This document shows positions 7,896 to 15,021 of a stretch of 29,086 bases of DNA, piece after piece. Under the pieces are notes generated by a model, which saw only the letters and a list, made by a program, of their open reading frames with translations, ran no database searches and had not been told where the DNA came from. The position numbers were made by a program, and so were the translations under genes. Positions within the stretch are counted from its first letter, which is position 1, and each line of letters opens with the position of its first letter. The DNA comes from a virus (taxonomy: Duplodnaviria; Caudoviricetes): the IMG/VR virus record IMGVR_UViG_3300043407_000036, positions 1 through 29,086 of that record; one strand, 5' to 3'.

Positions 7896-8269
7896 CTTTC
7901 AAAGCCAACGGCGCACTCTTCAAGAACACACCTGAGAAGCTGCAGGAGCGCTTCAAAGATCGTTACGATCCCAGCCGTAACTATCCGGCATTTGATGGCG
8001 TGTTCAGCATCAAGGAAGAGGACCGGATGGAGTTTGCGTCCTATGTGATGAACGCCAACCCGAACGATCGCGGTGAGATTCCGGTCAAGATCAGCGGATG
8101 GACCAAGCAAGCGGCCAGCGGCCAGAACTACCTCAGCCTTGCCTTCGAGCCTGACTACAAGACGATGAAGGCGATCGAGGAGAAGATGGTCGCCGCTGGT
8201 GCGGCTGACAGCCTGGCCAAGGCCACGGGTGGCGCTGTGGTTGAGATCACTGAGGCTGATTTGTTTTAG
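7892..8269 (+). CDS. Putative single-stranded DNA-binding protein
   Basis: GALFKN..PAFDG..VKISGWTKQ..GQNYLSL with acidic C-terminus EADLF; lies downstream of RecE/T. Confidence 0.65.
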   Translation: MTFKANGALFKNTPEKLQERFKDRYDPSRNYPAFDGVFSIKEEDRMEFASYVMNANPNDRGEIPVKISGWTKQAASGQNYLSLAFEPDYKTMKAIEEKMVAAGAADSLAKATGGAVVEITEADLF

Positions 8270-8472
8270 GGCTTCATCAGCAGCAGCTCTAGGCGGGCGA
8301 TCTCATTGGTCGCCTGCTGGAGCAATGCCTGCTGAAGATTCCAGGCCCGGTAAAGCGATGCCGCAAGCGGCCCAACGTTTTCGGTGATCTCGAGGCGCCG
8401 GGCCATTATCTCGATCTTGAGCTGGTCTTCGGTCGCCACCTTGGGGATCATCCACTGTCCGAATTGTTCCAC
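8266..8472 (-). CDS. Hypothetical protein (coiled-coil C-terminus)
   Basis: Fills the gap between plus-strand genes; (GTG)EQFGQWMIPKVATEDQLKIE..LLQQATNEIARLE; start uncertain. Confidence 0.65.
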   Translation of the reverse strand: MEQFGQWMIPKVATEDQLKIEIMARRLEITENVGPLAASLYRAWNLQQALLQQATNEIARLELLLMKP

Positions 8473-8494
8473 TTGCCAGGAGCAGATTGCTCCC

Positions 8495-8830
8495 ATGATG
8501 CCGATGCAATGCCCGAAGTGCAGCCACGACCGCAACCGTGCGCCGTCCACGAATACCCAGTTGGCTGACCAAACGGTGCGCAAGCGCGTGTGTGAGGCGT
8601 GCGGAAATGTGTGGTTCACGGTGGAGGTGGCGGTCCCGAGCTATGCGATTGGCTGGCGTGCGTCGAATGGGAAGCCGGTGCTGCGCGTGCCGGTGGAGGT
8701 GCAAGCAGGGCATACGCGGATCGGCTTGAGCCATGAGGAGGCGAAGAATCAGGTGGCGCTGCTCCGGGAGGCAAACGAGCGGAAGTCGAGACAGGCAGAC
8801 GCCCGGCACCGCGTAACGAAGTGTGACTGA
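8495..8830 (+). CDS. NrdR-like Zn-ribbon protein without ATP cone
   Basis: MQCPKC..TVRKRVCEACGNVWFTVE resembles the NrdR N-terminal Zn ribbon. Confidence 0.7.
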   Translation: MMPMQCPKCSHDRNRAPSTNTQLADQTVRKRVCEACGNVWFTVEVAVPSYAIGWRASNGKPVLRVPVEVQAGHTRIGLSHEEAKNQVALLREANERKSRQADARHRVTKCD

Positions 8831-8873
8831 CCCGGTGGCGGAATGCGCCGCCTACGGTGTATAATTCGCGCAC
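8810..8873 (+). promoter_or_regulatory. Early promoter, copy 1 of a duplicated motif
   Basis: TATAAT at 8860-8865 within GGCGGAATGCGCCGCCTACGGTGTATAATTC (26/31 identical to 11614-11644); upstream direct repeat GTAACGAAGTGTGAC. Confidence 0.7.
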
Positions 8874-8900
8874 GGCCGACGAGGCCACCGCATCTCACCC

Positions 8901-9032
8901 ATGATCAACAACCCCATCATCAACCGCATCGCAGTCATTGTGCTGCTGGCTTGCGTCTATGCCGCCGGCTATGACACCGCCAAGCAGCAAGCAGTCCAAC
9001 ATCCCGCCGCTCATCTGGAGGTGAAGCCATGA
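8901..9032 (+). CDS. Small membrane protein (43 aa)
   Basis: Read manually: MINNPIINRIAVIVLLACVYAAGYDTAKQQ..; one hydrophobic segment; ATGA-coupled to the next ORF. Confidence 0.7.
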   Translation: MINNPIINRIAVIVLLACVYAAGYDTAKQQAVQHPAAHLEVKP

Positions 9033-9205
9033 CCACCCCCCGCCGCTTCTACTTCCAGATCAAAGCTGCCAACGTGATCGAATCGATCACGGCGCATAGC
9101 TTCACCGAAGCCAAGGCGATCGCCGCTCAGAGCTGGATGCCTTGGTGGAATGAACTCGAATGGCTCAACCCTGAAACCGTTACCGACCCAAACATCCATG
9201 CCTGA
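9029..9205 (+). CDS. Hypothetical protein (58 aa)
   Basis: Read manually: MTTPRRFYFQIKAANVIESITAHSFTEAKAIAAQSW..; GGAGGTG SD. Confidence 0.7.
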   Translation: MTTPRRFYFQIKAANVIESITAHSFTEAKAIAAQSWMPWWNELEWLNPETVTDPNIHA

Positions 9206-9437
9206 ACCAATAGGAGCAATGCTGCCCTTCCAATGGGTTGAAGAACTGCCGGAAAGCAGGCACGGGGAAGGCGTCAGCCGGCCTCGACACGGCAACCGTA
9301 CCCGCGAATATCGGCTTTTGGTTTTCAAGCCAGGTTCTCAGCCGATGACCTGGATCACTCGAGCCGAGAGCACGCGCCACGCAATCCGCTACGCCCAGGC
9401 CAGGTGGCCAGGTGCTGAGGTGGAGGTGACCCAATGA
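9198..9437 (+). CDS. Hypothetical protein
   Basis: Part of a coupled ORF chain; start at MPEPIGAML. Confidence 0.7.
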   Translation: MPEPIGAMLPFQWVEELPESRHGEGVSRPRHGNRTREYRLLVFKPGSQPMTWITRAESTRHAIRYAQARWPGAEVEVTQ

Positions 9438-9640
9438 GTGACCATATCCGCGCCAAACTGGAGGCGCTCATCACTGATTCCAGCATGTTCAATGCTGGTC
9501 AACAGGATGAACGGTTGCGGCTTTGCCGACTGATCGACATCCGGCTCGAACAGCTTCACCAGCTGGGCAGCCATCCGCACATCTCGGCACGCCGGGAAGA
9601 ACTGCTCAACATCCGCCAAGCATTACGGGACCACCGATGA
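9434..9640 (+). CDS. Hypothetical protein
   Basis: GGAGGTG SD, ATGA overlaps at both ends. Confidence 0.7.
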   Translation: MSDHIRAKLEALITDSSMFNAGQQDERLRLCRLIDIRLEQLHQLGSHPHISARREELLNIRQALRDHR

Positions 9641-9903
9641 ACCGAGTCCAACAGGATCAGCAACGCGCCGACATGATGGACGCGCTCTATGCTGCCAGCG
9701 GCCGCACCTGCAACACCTACACGGGGCTGTGGGAAGAGTTTTGCCTTGATGTGGCGGCTAACTTCCGAGACACCAGCTACGCCGAGCTGCACGCCGCCTG
9801 CGTTACCGCGATCGGCGAGACCGAGAGCATCTTGGCCGAGAAGCACGCGCAGCAGTGCATCGCCGTCTGCCGCCGGCAGCTGCTTGGTGATCGGTGGGCA
9901 TGA
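9637..9903 (+). CDS. Hypothetical protein
   Basis: ATGA-coupled; MNRVQQDQQRADMMDALYAASGR..YTGLW. Confidence 0.7.
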   Translation: MNRVQQDQQRADMMDALYAASGRTCNTYTGLWEEFCLDVAANFRDTSYAELHAACVTAIGETESILAEKHAQQCIAVCRRQLLGDRWA

Positions 9904-10142
9904 TGGCCAACGCCAACGACCGCCGACCCAATGGCAAGGGGCGCAACTTCACGGTCAACGTGCGCATGAGCCGCGAGGAAATCGAGGCTGCTAGGCGCCT
10001 GGGGGATGGCAACATCTCGATGGGTCTGCGATGGGCCGTTCGCTATGCCACCGGCCGCAACATGCAACCGATCAAGCTGAGCACGATGCTGCGCTCTGCG
10101 GCCGTGCTTGCTTCTGAGCTGGAGGTGGCCAGCCATGGCTGA
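9900..10142 (+). CDS. Putative ribbon-helix-helix DNA-binding protein
   Basis: NFTVNVRMSREEIEAARRLGDGNISMGLRWAV has the beta-alpha-alpha RHH pattern. Confidence 0.6.
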   Translation: MMANANDRRPNGKGRNFTVNVRMSREEIEAARRLGDGNISMGLRWAVRYATGRNMQPIKLSTMLRSAAVLASELEVASHG

Positions 10143-10353
10143 TCCAGTCAATCCGGAGCACTACCGGCAGGGCGGAATTGAGTGCATTGACGCGATCGAG
10201 GCAGCTCTGACGCCAGAGGAGTTCCGGGGGTACTGCAAGGGCAACGCCATGAAATACATCTGGCGCATGAACCACCATGCCAAAGGCGGCCGAGAATCGC
10301 TTGCCAAGGCCCGGTGGTATGTGGACCGACTGCTTGGCAAACTGGAGTCATGA
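10135..10353 (+). CDS. DUF3310 / SaV-like protein
   Basis: DPVNPEHYRQGGIECIDAI..GYCKGNAMKYIWR..K..ESLAKARWY. Confidence 0.88.
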   Translation: MADPVNPEHYRQGGIECIDAIEAALTPEEFRGYCKGNAMKYIWRMNHHAKGGRESLAKARWYVDRLLGKLES

Positions 10354-10565
10354 CCGAACTGCTTGATCTGAATCTGCTGGAGCGGTTGGCTCTATGGGTG
10401 CTGGCTCGTAGCCCACGGACCAGCTTGGTGGTCGTCAAAGAGATGGGATCGCCGGCGATGTTTGTGGTAGTTGATCCGGCAGATGAGATGCTGGATTCGC
10501 TTGAGCCCACCAGCATGTTGCTGGAGCGGTTGTATCACGCGCCGAGTCACGGTGAACTCGAATGA
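10350..10565 (+). CDS. Hypothetical protein
   Basis: ATGA-coupled, GGAG SD; MTELLDLNLLERLALWVL. Confidence 0.7.
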   Translation: MTELLDLNLLERLALWVLARSPRTSLVVVKEMGSPAMFVVVDPADEMLDSLEPTSMLLERLYHAPSHGELE

Positions 10566-10891
10566 TCAGCTTGTACGGTGGCCGGCTGCTTCTGTTCTGC
10601 GATCGTGCCGACCGTACCTGGCACTGTCGGGTCAACCTTGGCCCAAAGGCTGAGCACCAGCTGGAGGCTGACACGGGCGCCATACGGCTGCAGGATGCAC
10701 TGATCCGGGCGCAGTCGATCTATTCGGCAGCACTGACCAGGATCCGCCCAGCTGAGGCGCCGCGGATGTGTTGGGACTGTGTGCAATGGGAGGCAACGCG
10801 CAAACGCTGCAACCTTGAGTTTCCAGAGGCGCGCCAGAGTGGCGGCCGATTTGCGGCAAGATGTGAGCTATTCGTGCATGATCGGCCATGA
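10562..10891 (+). CDS. Hypothetical protein with C-terminal Cys cluster
   Basis: CWDCVQW..C..FPEA..C. Confidence 0.7.
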   Translation: MISLYGGRLLLFCDRADRTWHCRVNLGPKAEHQLEADTGAIRLQDALIRAQSIYSAALTRIRPAEAPRMCWDCVQWEATRKRCNLEFPEARQSGGRFAARCELFVHDRP

Positions 10892-11061
10892 GTGAGCCGG
10901 TGCTGGTCAGCCGCTTGGATCGCGATGGCGGATGGATTGAGACGCTCGAGCCAGCCGATGGCGGTGAGCTGTATTACCGCAGCTGCGCTGGTGGGATGTG
11001 CCGCTACTCGAGCGACCTATGGCAGGCCGAGCTGTATCTGGACCATCTGCTGGCGCGTTAG
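10888..11061 (+). CDS. Hypothetical protein (57 aa)
   Basis: Read manually: MSEPVLVSRLDRDGGWIETLE..YYRSCAGGMCRYSSDLWQA; ATGA-coupled. Confidence 0.7.
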   Translation: MSEPVLVSRLDRDGGWIETLEPADGGELYYRSCAGGMCRYSSDLWQAELYLDHLLAR

Positions 11062-11363
11062 ATCTCGCCAGCCAACCACTGAGCGATTGCCCATTCGCGA
11101 ATAGCGGACCAGAAGTGCTGGGCGCGATACCAGTCGATCCAGTCCTTGTGCCCCTTCTGGCTGTTGCACATCAAGCAACAGGAGATCAGGTTCTCGCGGA
11201 CCGTGAGCCCACCGTGGACCTTTGGGACCACATGGTCGAGCGTTGGGCTGCGGCCGAGCGGATCGTCGCAATATGCGCAGCGATAATTCCAGGCCAGGTG
11301 GATCTGATCGCGGGCTGATCGTCGGGTGACCAGCCGGGTCTCGTCAATGTGGTGCTGGTCCAC
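11058..11363 (-). CDS. Small HNH endonuclease
   Basis: CAYC..TLDHVVPKVHGGLTVRENLISCCLMCNSQKG; GTG start inferred. Confidence 0.85.
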   Translation of the reverse strand: MDQHHIDETRLVTRRSARDQIHLAWNYRCAYCDDPLGRSPTLDHVVPKVHGGLTVRENLISCCLMCNSQKGHKDWIDWYRAQHFWSAIREWAIAQWLAGEI

Positions 11364-11529
11364 TGAGATCCTCTGGGAGTGTGAACAGCTCGACGGAAAG
11401 GTCGAGGATGTCGGTCTCGTTACGGATAAACTCAGAGATTTGGCTATAAATGTCAGCGGGCAGCTGATCCGGGTCGGTGTCTGAGCGGACAACGACCTTC
11501 GCGGTGATCTCGACGATGTGAGCCCGCAT
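11344..11529 (-). CDS. Hypothetical acidic protein
   Basis: MRAHIVEITAKVVVRSDTDPDQLPADIYSQ..; overlaps the HNH start. Confidence 0.65.
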   Translation of the reverse strand: MRAHIVEITAKVVVRSDTDPDQLPADIYSQISEFIRNETDILDLSVELFTLPEDLSGPAPH

Positions 11530-11579
11530 GGGATGACCGCCGCTTGGCCAACGGTAACGGACGCGACCGGATCGCCTTT

Positions 11580-11650
11580 GGTGTGACGGATTGTGAACGG
11601 GCCACCTGCTCTCGGCGGAGTGCGCTGTCTGCGGTGTATAGTTCACACAT
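11580..11650 (+). promoter_or_regulatory. Early promoter, copy 2 of a duplicated motif
   Basis: GGCGGAGTGCGCTGTCTGCGGTGTATAGTTC (11614-11644) with TATAGT; upstream GTGACGGATTGTGAA. Confidence 0.65.
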
Positions 11651-11666
11651 CAACCGCAACCGACCG

Positions 11667-11837
11667 ATGACCCGCATCCCTGCCGCTCAAGCCCTCAAGA
11701 TCCTGCAAGCCAACGGCCACTCCGCCTACCAGCAAAAAGCACCCCGCGGCACTTGCCCCACCTGCTGCTATCGCGTGAATGGCCAAGCGGTCAACTTGGG
11801 GCGCTTGCGTCAGCTGGTTGAGGAGCTGGCGGCCTGA
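11667..11837 (+). CDS. Hypothetical protein
   Basis: First ORF after promoter copy 2; MTRIPAAQALKIL..CPTCC. Confidence 0.6.
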   Translation: MTRIPAAQALKILQANGHSAYQQKAPRGTCPTCCYRVNGQAVNLGRLRQLVEELAA

Positions 11838-11840
11838 TCC

Positions 11841-11954
11841 ATGCCCAAACTCGATCCCGAATATGACGACATCCCGGACGATCTGCCCGAGGATGACGAC
11901 GACGACGACCACCCCAGCCTTACCGCTGCCGAACGCAACCCCAACTTGAAATGA
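11841..11954 (+). CDS. Small, highly acidic protein (37 aa)
   Basis: Read manually: MPKLDPEYDDIPDDLPEDDDDDDHPSLTAAERNPNLK; ATGA-coupled to the next ORF. Confidence 0.65.
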   Translation: MPKLDPEYDDIPDDLPEDDDDDDHPSLTAAERNPNLK

Positions 11955-12136
11955 CCTACATCTTGGACCTTGGCCCCTGGCACGTTGGTCCCTTCACCAC
12001 GCACCTTGCTGCGCAGCATTGGGCCGAGATCCACGGCGTTGATGAGTACCGGATGATTCCGCTCGATGACCCTGCCGAAGCTCCGGCGCGGATCTATCGG
12101 ATGCGGGAATTAGCCTCGGCTGGCAGTCACACCTAG
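11951..12136 (+). CDS. Hypothetical protein
   Basis: MTYILDLGPWHVGPFTTHLAAQHWAE..; converges on dcd. Confidence 0.65.
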   Translation: MTYILDLGPWHVGPFTTHLAAQHWAEIHGVDEYRMIPLDDPAEAPARIYRMRELASAGSHT

Positions 12137-12625
12137 GTCCCCGTTATACCTTCCAGTTTCGCGGTAGGTGCGCTCAGGTGTGCCGCTGATCAGGTGAAAC
12201 ACCATCTGGCCGATCTTCATGCCAGGCCACAGCGCGATGTTGTGGAAGCGGCGGCTGTTGTGCAGCTCCAGGGTCAACCGGCTGCCATGCCAGCCTGGGT
12301 CGCAATAGCCAGCGAGCAGGTGCTCCAAGCCTTCGCGGGCACGGCTGGACTTGAGCACGAACTGCGCCGCGATGTGGTCGGGCAGGTTGAAGATCTCCTG
12401 AGTCTCGGCTAGGCAGAACTCACCCGGCGCGAGCCAGTACGGGTCCGCCTGCGTGTGGTGGCTGATGCCCAGGATCTGCAACTCGGGGCGCTCCTCAACT
12501 TCGATCATCAAGCGATCGCCAAGCAACACATCAAGGCTGGCCGGGTTTTGTAGGTCTGGGTTGTATGGCAGCACCATCGCCGCCTGCTGACAAAGGCGGG
12601 CGATCTCGTGGTCTGGAATGATCAT
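12110..12625 (-). CDS. dcd: dCTP deaminase
   Basis: NPASLDV, KSSRAREGL, AGYCDPGWHG, LTLEL, GMKIGQMVF. Confidence 0.93.
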   Translation of the reverse strand: MIIPDHEIARLCQQAAMVLPYNPDLQNPASLDVLLGDRLMIEVEERPELQILGISHHTQADPYWLAPGEFCLAETQEIFNLPDHIAAQFVLKSSRAREGLEHLLAGYCDPGWHGSRLTLELHNSRRFHNIALWPGMKIGQMVFHLISGTPERTYRETGRYNGDLGVTASRG

Positions 12626-12631
12626 GCAGGC

Positions 12632-13702
12632 TTAGTAATCCCACCGAACCCTAGGACTGCCGTGGCGGATGCCGAGATGGACGAATCCCTTTGGTGCGCC
12701 GTAGCCCAGGCTATATGACCAGTTTTTGTCACACCAGGCTTGCACCGCGTTGATGTCGGCGCCGATGATGTTGAAGTCTACCGCACCGATGCCTGGCGCG
12801 TTGTAGAGGTGCTCTGACTGGCTGGCGCCACCCACCTGCCGGTTGATTGCTGCTGGTCTGTAGCCCGATGTGATCGTGATCGGCTTGCCGCCAAACTGCG
12901 TGCGAACTTTCTCGAGGAACTGCGCCAGTTTCACCGCGGTGTCGCACTGGTGCTGGTGATGAAAGCGCCGCGCCTCCTGACCAAGCGCGAACTCGCCATA
13001 GGTGATGTGTGGCGTGATCTTGAAGGTGAAAGGCGACTCAGGCGTGAACACGGTTGAGACCTGCTTCTCACGACCCCAGATGTCACCCTCGGCAATGCGG
13101 CGACGCTTGAGTCCTGCTTCGACGTTGCTGCCCGGATTGCGGTAGAGCAGCAGGGCATCGGGCACCGCAGCCCAATCCTTTTCGCGTAACTCCCGGCTGA
13201 TCGTCTCGAAGCCGGTGGTGCCGTAGAAGCCCGAGCCGAGATTGTAGGCAAAGGAGATCAGCGCGCACTTCTGATTGTCTGTCATCTGCACCCAGTAGGG
13301 CACGGTGGCGCGCAGCTTTTCGGCGATGCGGTCCACCTCCCGGCGAAGCAGCAGGTCCGCCTCGATGGCGTTGATCTTGTCGCCAGGGCTGACGCGGCGG
13401 CCATCTTGATAGCGTGTCGTGCCGTAGCCAATCGTCCAAGGATCGCCGCCACTCAGCGGGTCTGGATACGCTTCAAGGTGGCAGCCTTCAAAATCCTTGA
13501 TCAGCTTCAGAGCAGCGGCCAGATCGGCCTGCTTGCCATCCTGGCTCCAGATGTTGAACCATGCCCGATCGCGCCGCATCGCTGCTGCGTAACCGTTGAC
13601 GGCCAGATCCTGCTCGAGGATCTGGATCGCTGAAGCTTGATGCGGAAGCCCGCGATAGAAGCGAAACAGCTGCTCAAGCGTGACCGGCGCCGGGTTGGCC
13701 AT
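12632..13702 (-). CDS. Endolysin: GH24 lysozyme fused to an M15A-type peptidase
   Basis: FEGCHLEAYPD..WTIGYGTT..ALISFAYNLG..GLKRRRIAE, then ITSGYR..SEHL..AVDF..FVHLG. Confidence 0.92.
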   Translation of the reverse strand: MANPAPVTLEQLFRFYRGLPHQASAIQILEQDLAVNGYAAAMRRDRAWFNIWSQDGKQADLAAALKLIKDFEGCHLEAYPDPLSGGDPWTIGYGTTRYQDGRRVSPGDKINAIEADLLLRREVDRIAEKLRATVPYWVQMTDNQKCALISFAYNLGSGFYGTTGFETISRELREKDWAAVPDALLLYRNPGSNVEAGLKRRRIAEGDIWGREKQVSTVFTPESPFTFKITPHITYGEFALGQEARRFHHQHQCDTAVKLAQFLEKVRTQFGGKPITITSGYRPAAINRQVGGASQSEHLYNAPGIGAVDFNIIGADINAVQAWCDKNWSYSLGYGAPKGFVHLGIRHGSPRVRWDY

Positions 13703-13705
13703 TGC

Positions 13706-13891
13706 TCAACGCTTGGCGAGGGGAGACACGATGCCGGCAAGGATCTCGATGGCGCGATAAAGTTTCACCACCATGCGGGACAGACCACCCAGCGCTTCGT
13801 TGTCTTTTGGTGTGGGGGTGATGTTGACGATCACCAGCGCCAAGCCGTGGATGGCCACCACAAGGGCGATGTAGTCAGCGATGCGGTCCAT
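13706..13891 (-). CDS. Putative holin
   Basis: Small hydrophobic protein (IALVVAIHGLALVIVNITPTPKD) directly upstream of the endolysin. Confidence 0.6.
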   Translation of the reverse strand: MDRIADYIALVVAIHGLALVIVNITPTPKDNEALGGLSRMVVKLYRAIEILAGIVSPLAKR

Positions 13892-13892
13892 G

Positions 13893-14141
13893 TCAGTTGT
13901 GCGGCCTTGCTTCAAGGGTAGCGACGCGCTGCTCGACGCCATTTAGCCGTGCAAAGGTTTCTTTGCGATCGGCGCGGATGTCGGTGTGCATCACCTCGAG
14001 CTGCGTGGCGATGTGCTCGACAGCAGCGGTCAGGCGGATGACGGCATCGCGGGCTTCATCGTTGCGCTTGGTAAAGCCCATAGCTCCCATCGCAGCAACG
14101 CTGATGGATGCCCCAGCAATAGCAGCGATGACCTCGATCAT
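13893..14141 (-). CDS. Membrane-anchored coiled-coil protein (lysis cassette)
   Basis: N-terminal TM segment, then heptads ending RLNGVEQRVATLEAR. Confidence 0.65.
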   Translation of the reverse strand: MIEVIAAIAGASISVAAMGAMGFTKRNDEARDAVIRLTAAVEHIATQLEVMHTDIRADRKETFARLNGVEQRVATLEARPHN

Positions 14142-14176
14142 GGACCTATTCTACCGACCTTGCCGGACGCCGCGCC

Positions 14177-14199
14177 AAAACCCTGGTTGTGGCTCAGGG
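14177..14199 (-). terminator. Possible intrinsic terminator after the fibre genes
   Basis: Minus strand CCCTG-N9-CAGGG-TTTT just after the stop at 14203; short stem. Confidence 0.3.
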
Positions 14200-14202
14200 G
14201 TT

Positions 14203-15021
14203 CTATGCCCAGGGTCCGACGGAGGTGTTGGCACCAGCGGCGCCGATGGGCCAGATGGCGATGCAAGAACCGGCCAGGGTAGTGTACGCACCGCCAGGCG
14301 CTGCGCTCATCCGATACCTTGGAATAAATGTGCCACTGTTTGCCACGCTTAATGTTCCAAAAATTGAGACAACGATAGTTCTTGTTGCTCCAGCAATGCC
14401 GGTAATGTAATTAACTTCAGAGGTAGAACTTTGCATACCGCAAAAGATAGTCCCAGTAGTTAAGTTATTATTGGCTGGCGGAGTTGATTGTATAATAGGA
14501 GTAAAAACATTGGCAATAAAGTTGTTAAAAGTTGCTGTCCCACCATCAAAACCCAAAAGGAAATTATGACTTGTTGCGCCAGTTGTTTTGCCCAATGTGC
14601 AAATAATTTGAAAAGCGTAAACCGTACTGGATTGCAGAGTTACACCTACTCCAAAAATGCTCTGTGCCGTGTTTACGTTTGAACCGGCTAAATCTGCATT
14701 AAGCCTGTAATACATCATCGACGGCGACACACCACGACCAGCTGGCGTGGAGTAAAGCACCTTGCCGTCATATTCCATTGCACCAGCAGTTGCGCTGGTC
14801 AGGTTTGTCCCTGATTGAAATGTCAGCGGTGATCGTGATGTTGTACCTGCTGCAACAGTCAGGTTGCTGGTTAACGTGCCACCTGTAAATCCACCAGCCG
14901 GACTCCACGTTGGGATTGCACCAGTGCCCGCAGAAGTCAGTATTTGTCCACTTGTTCCAGCAGCTCCATTAAGTTGAAGTGGACCTTTTAAATCAGCGCC
15001 AGTCAGCAGTTCTTTGGTCAT
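14203..15021 (-). CDS. Putative tail fibre/receptor-binding protein
   Basis: G/T/A-rich; AGTSGQILTSAGTGAIPTW fibre motif; beta-rich C-terminal domain. Confidence 0.65.
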   Translation of the reverse strand: MTKELLTGADLKGPLQLNGAAGTSGQILTSAGTGAIPTWSPAGGFTGGTLTSNLTVAAGTTSRSPLTFQSGTNLTSATAGAMEYDGKVLYSTPAGRGVSPSMMYYRLNADLAGSNVNTAQSIFGVGVTLQSSTVYAFQIICTLGKTTGATSHNFLLGFDGGTATFNNFIANVFTPIIQSTPPANNNLTTGTIFCGMQSSTSEVNYITGIAGATRTIVVSIFGTLSVANSGTFIPRYRMSAAPGGAYTTLAGSCIAIWPIGAAGANTSVGPWA

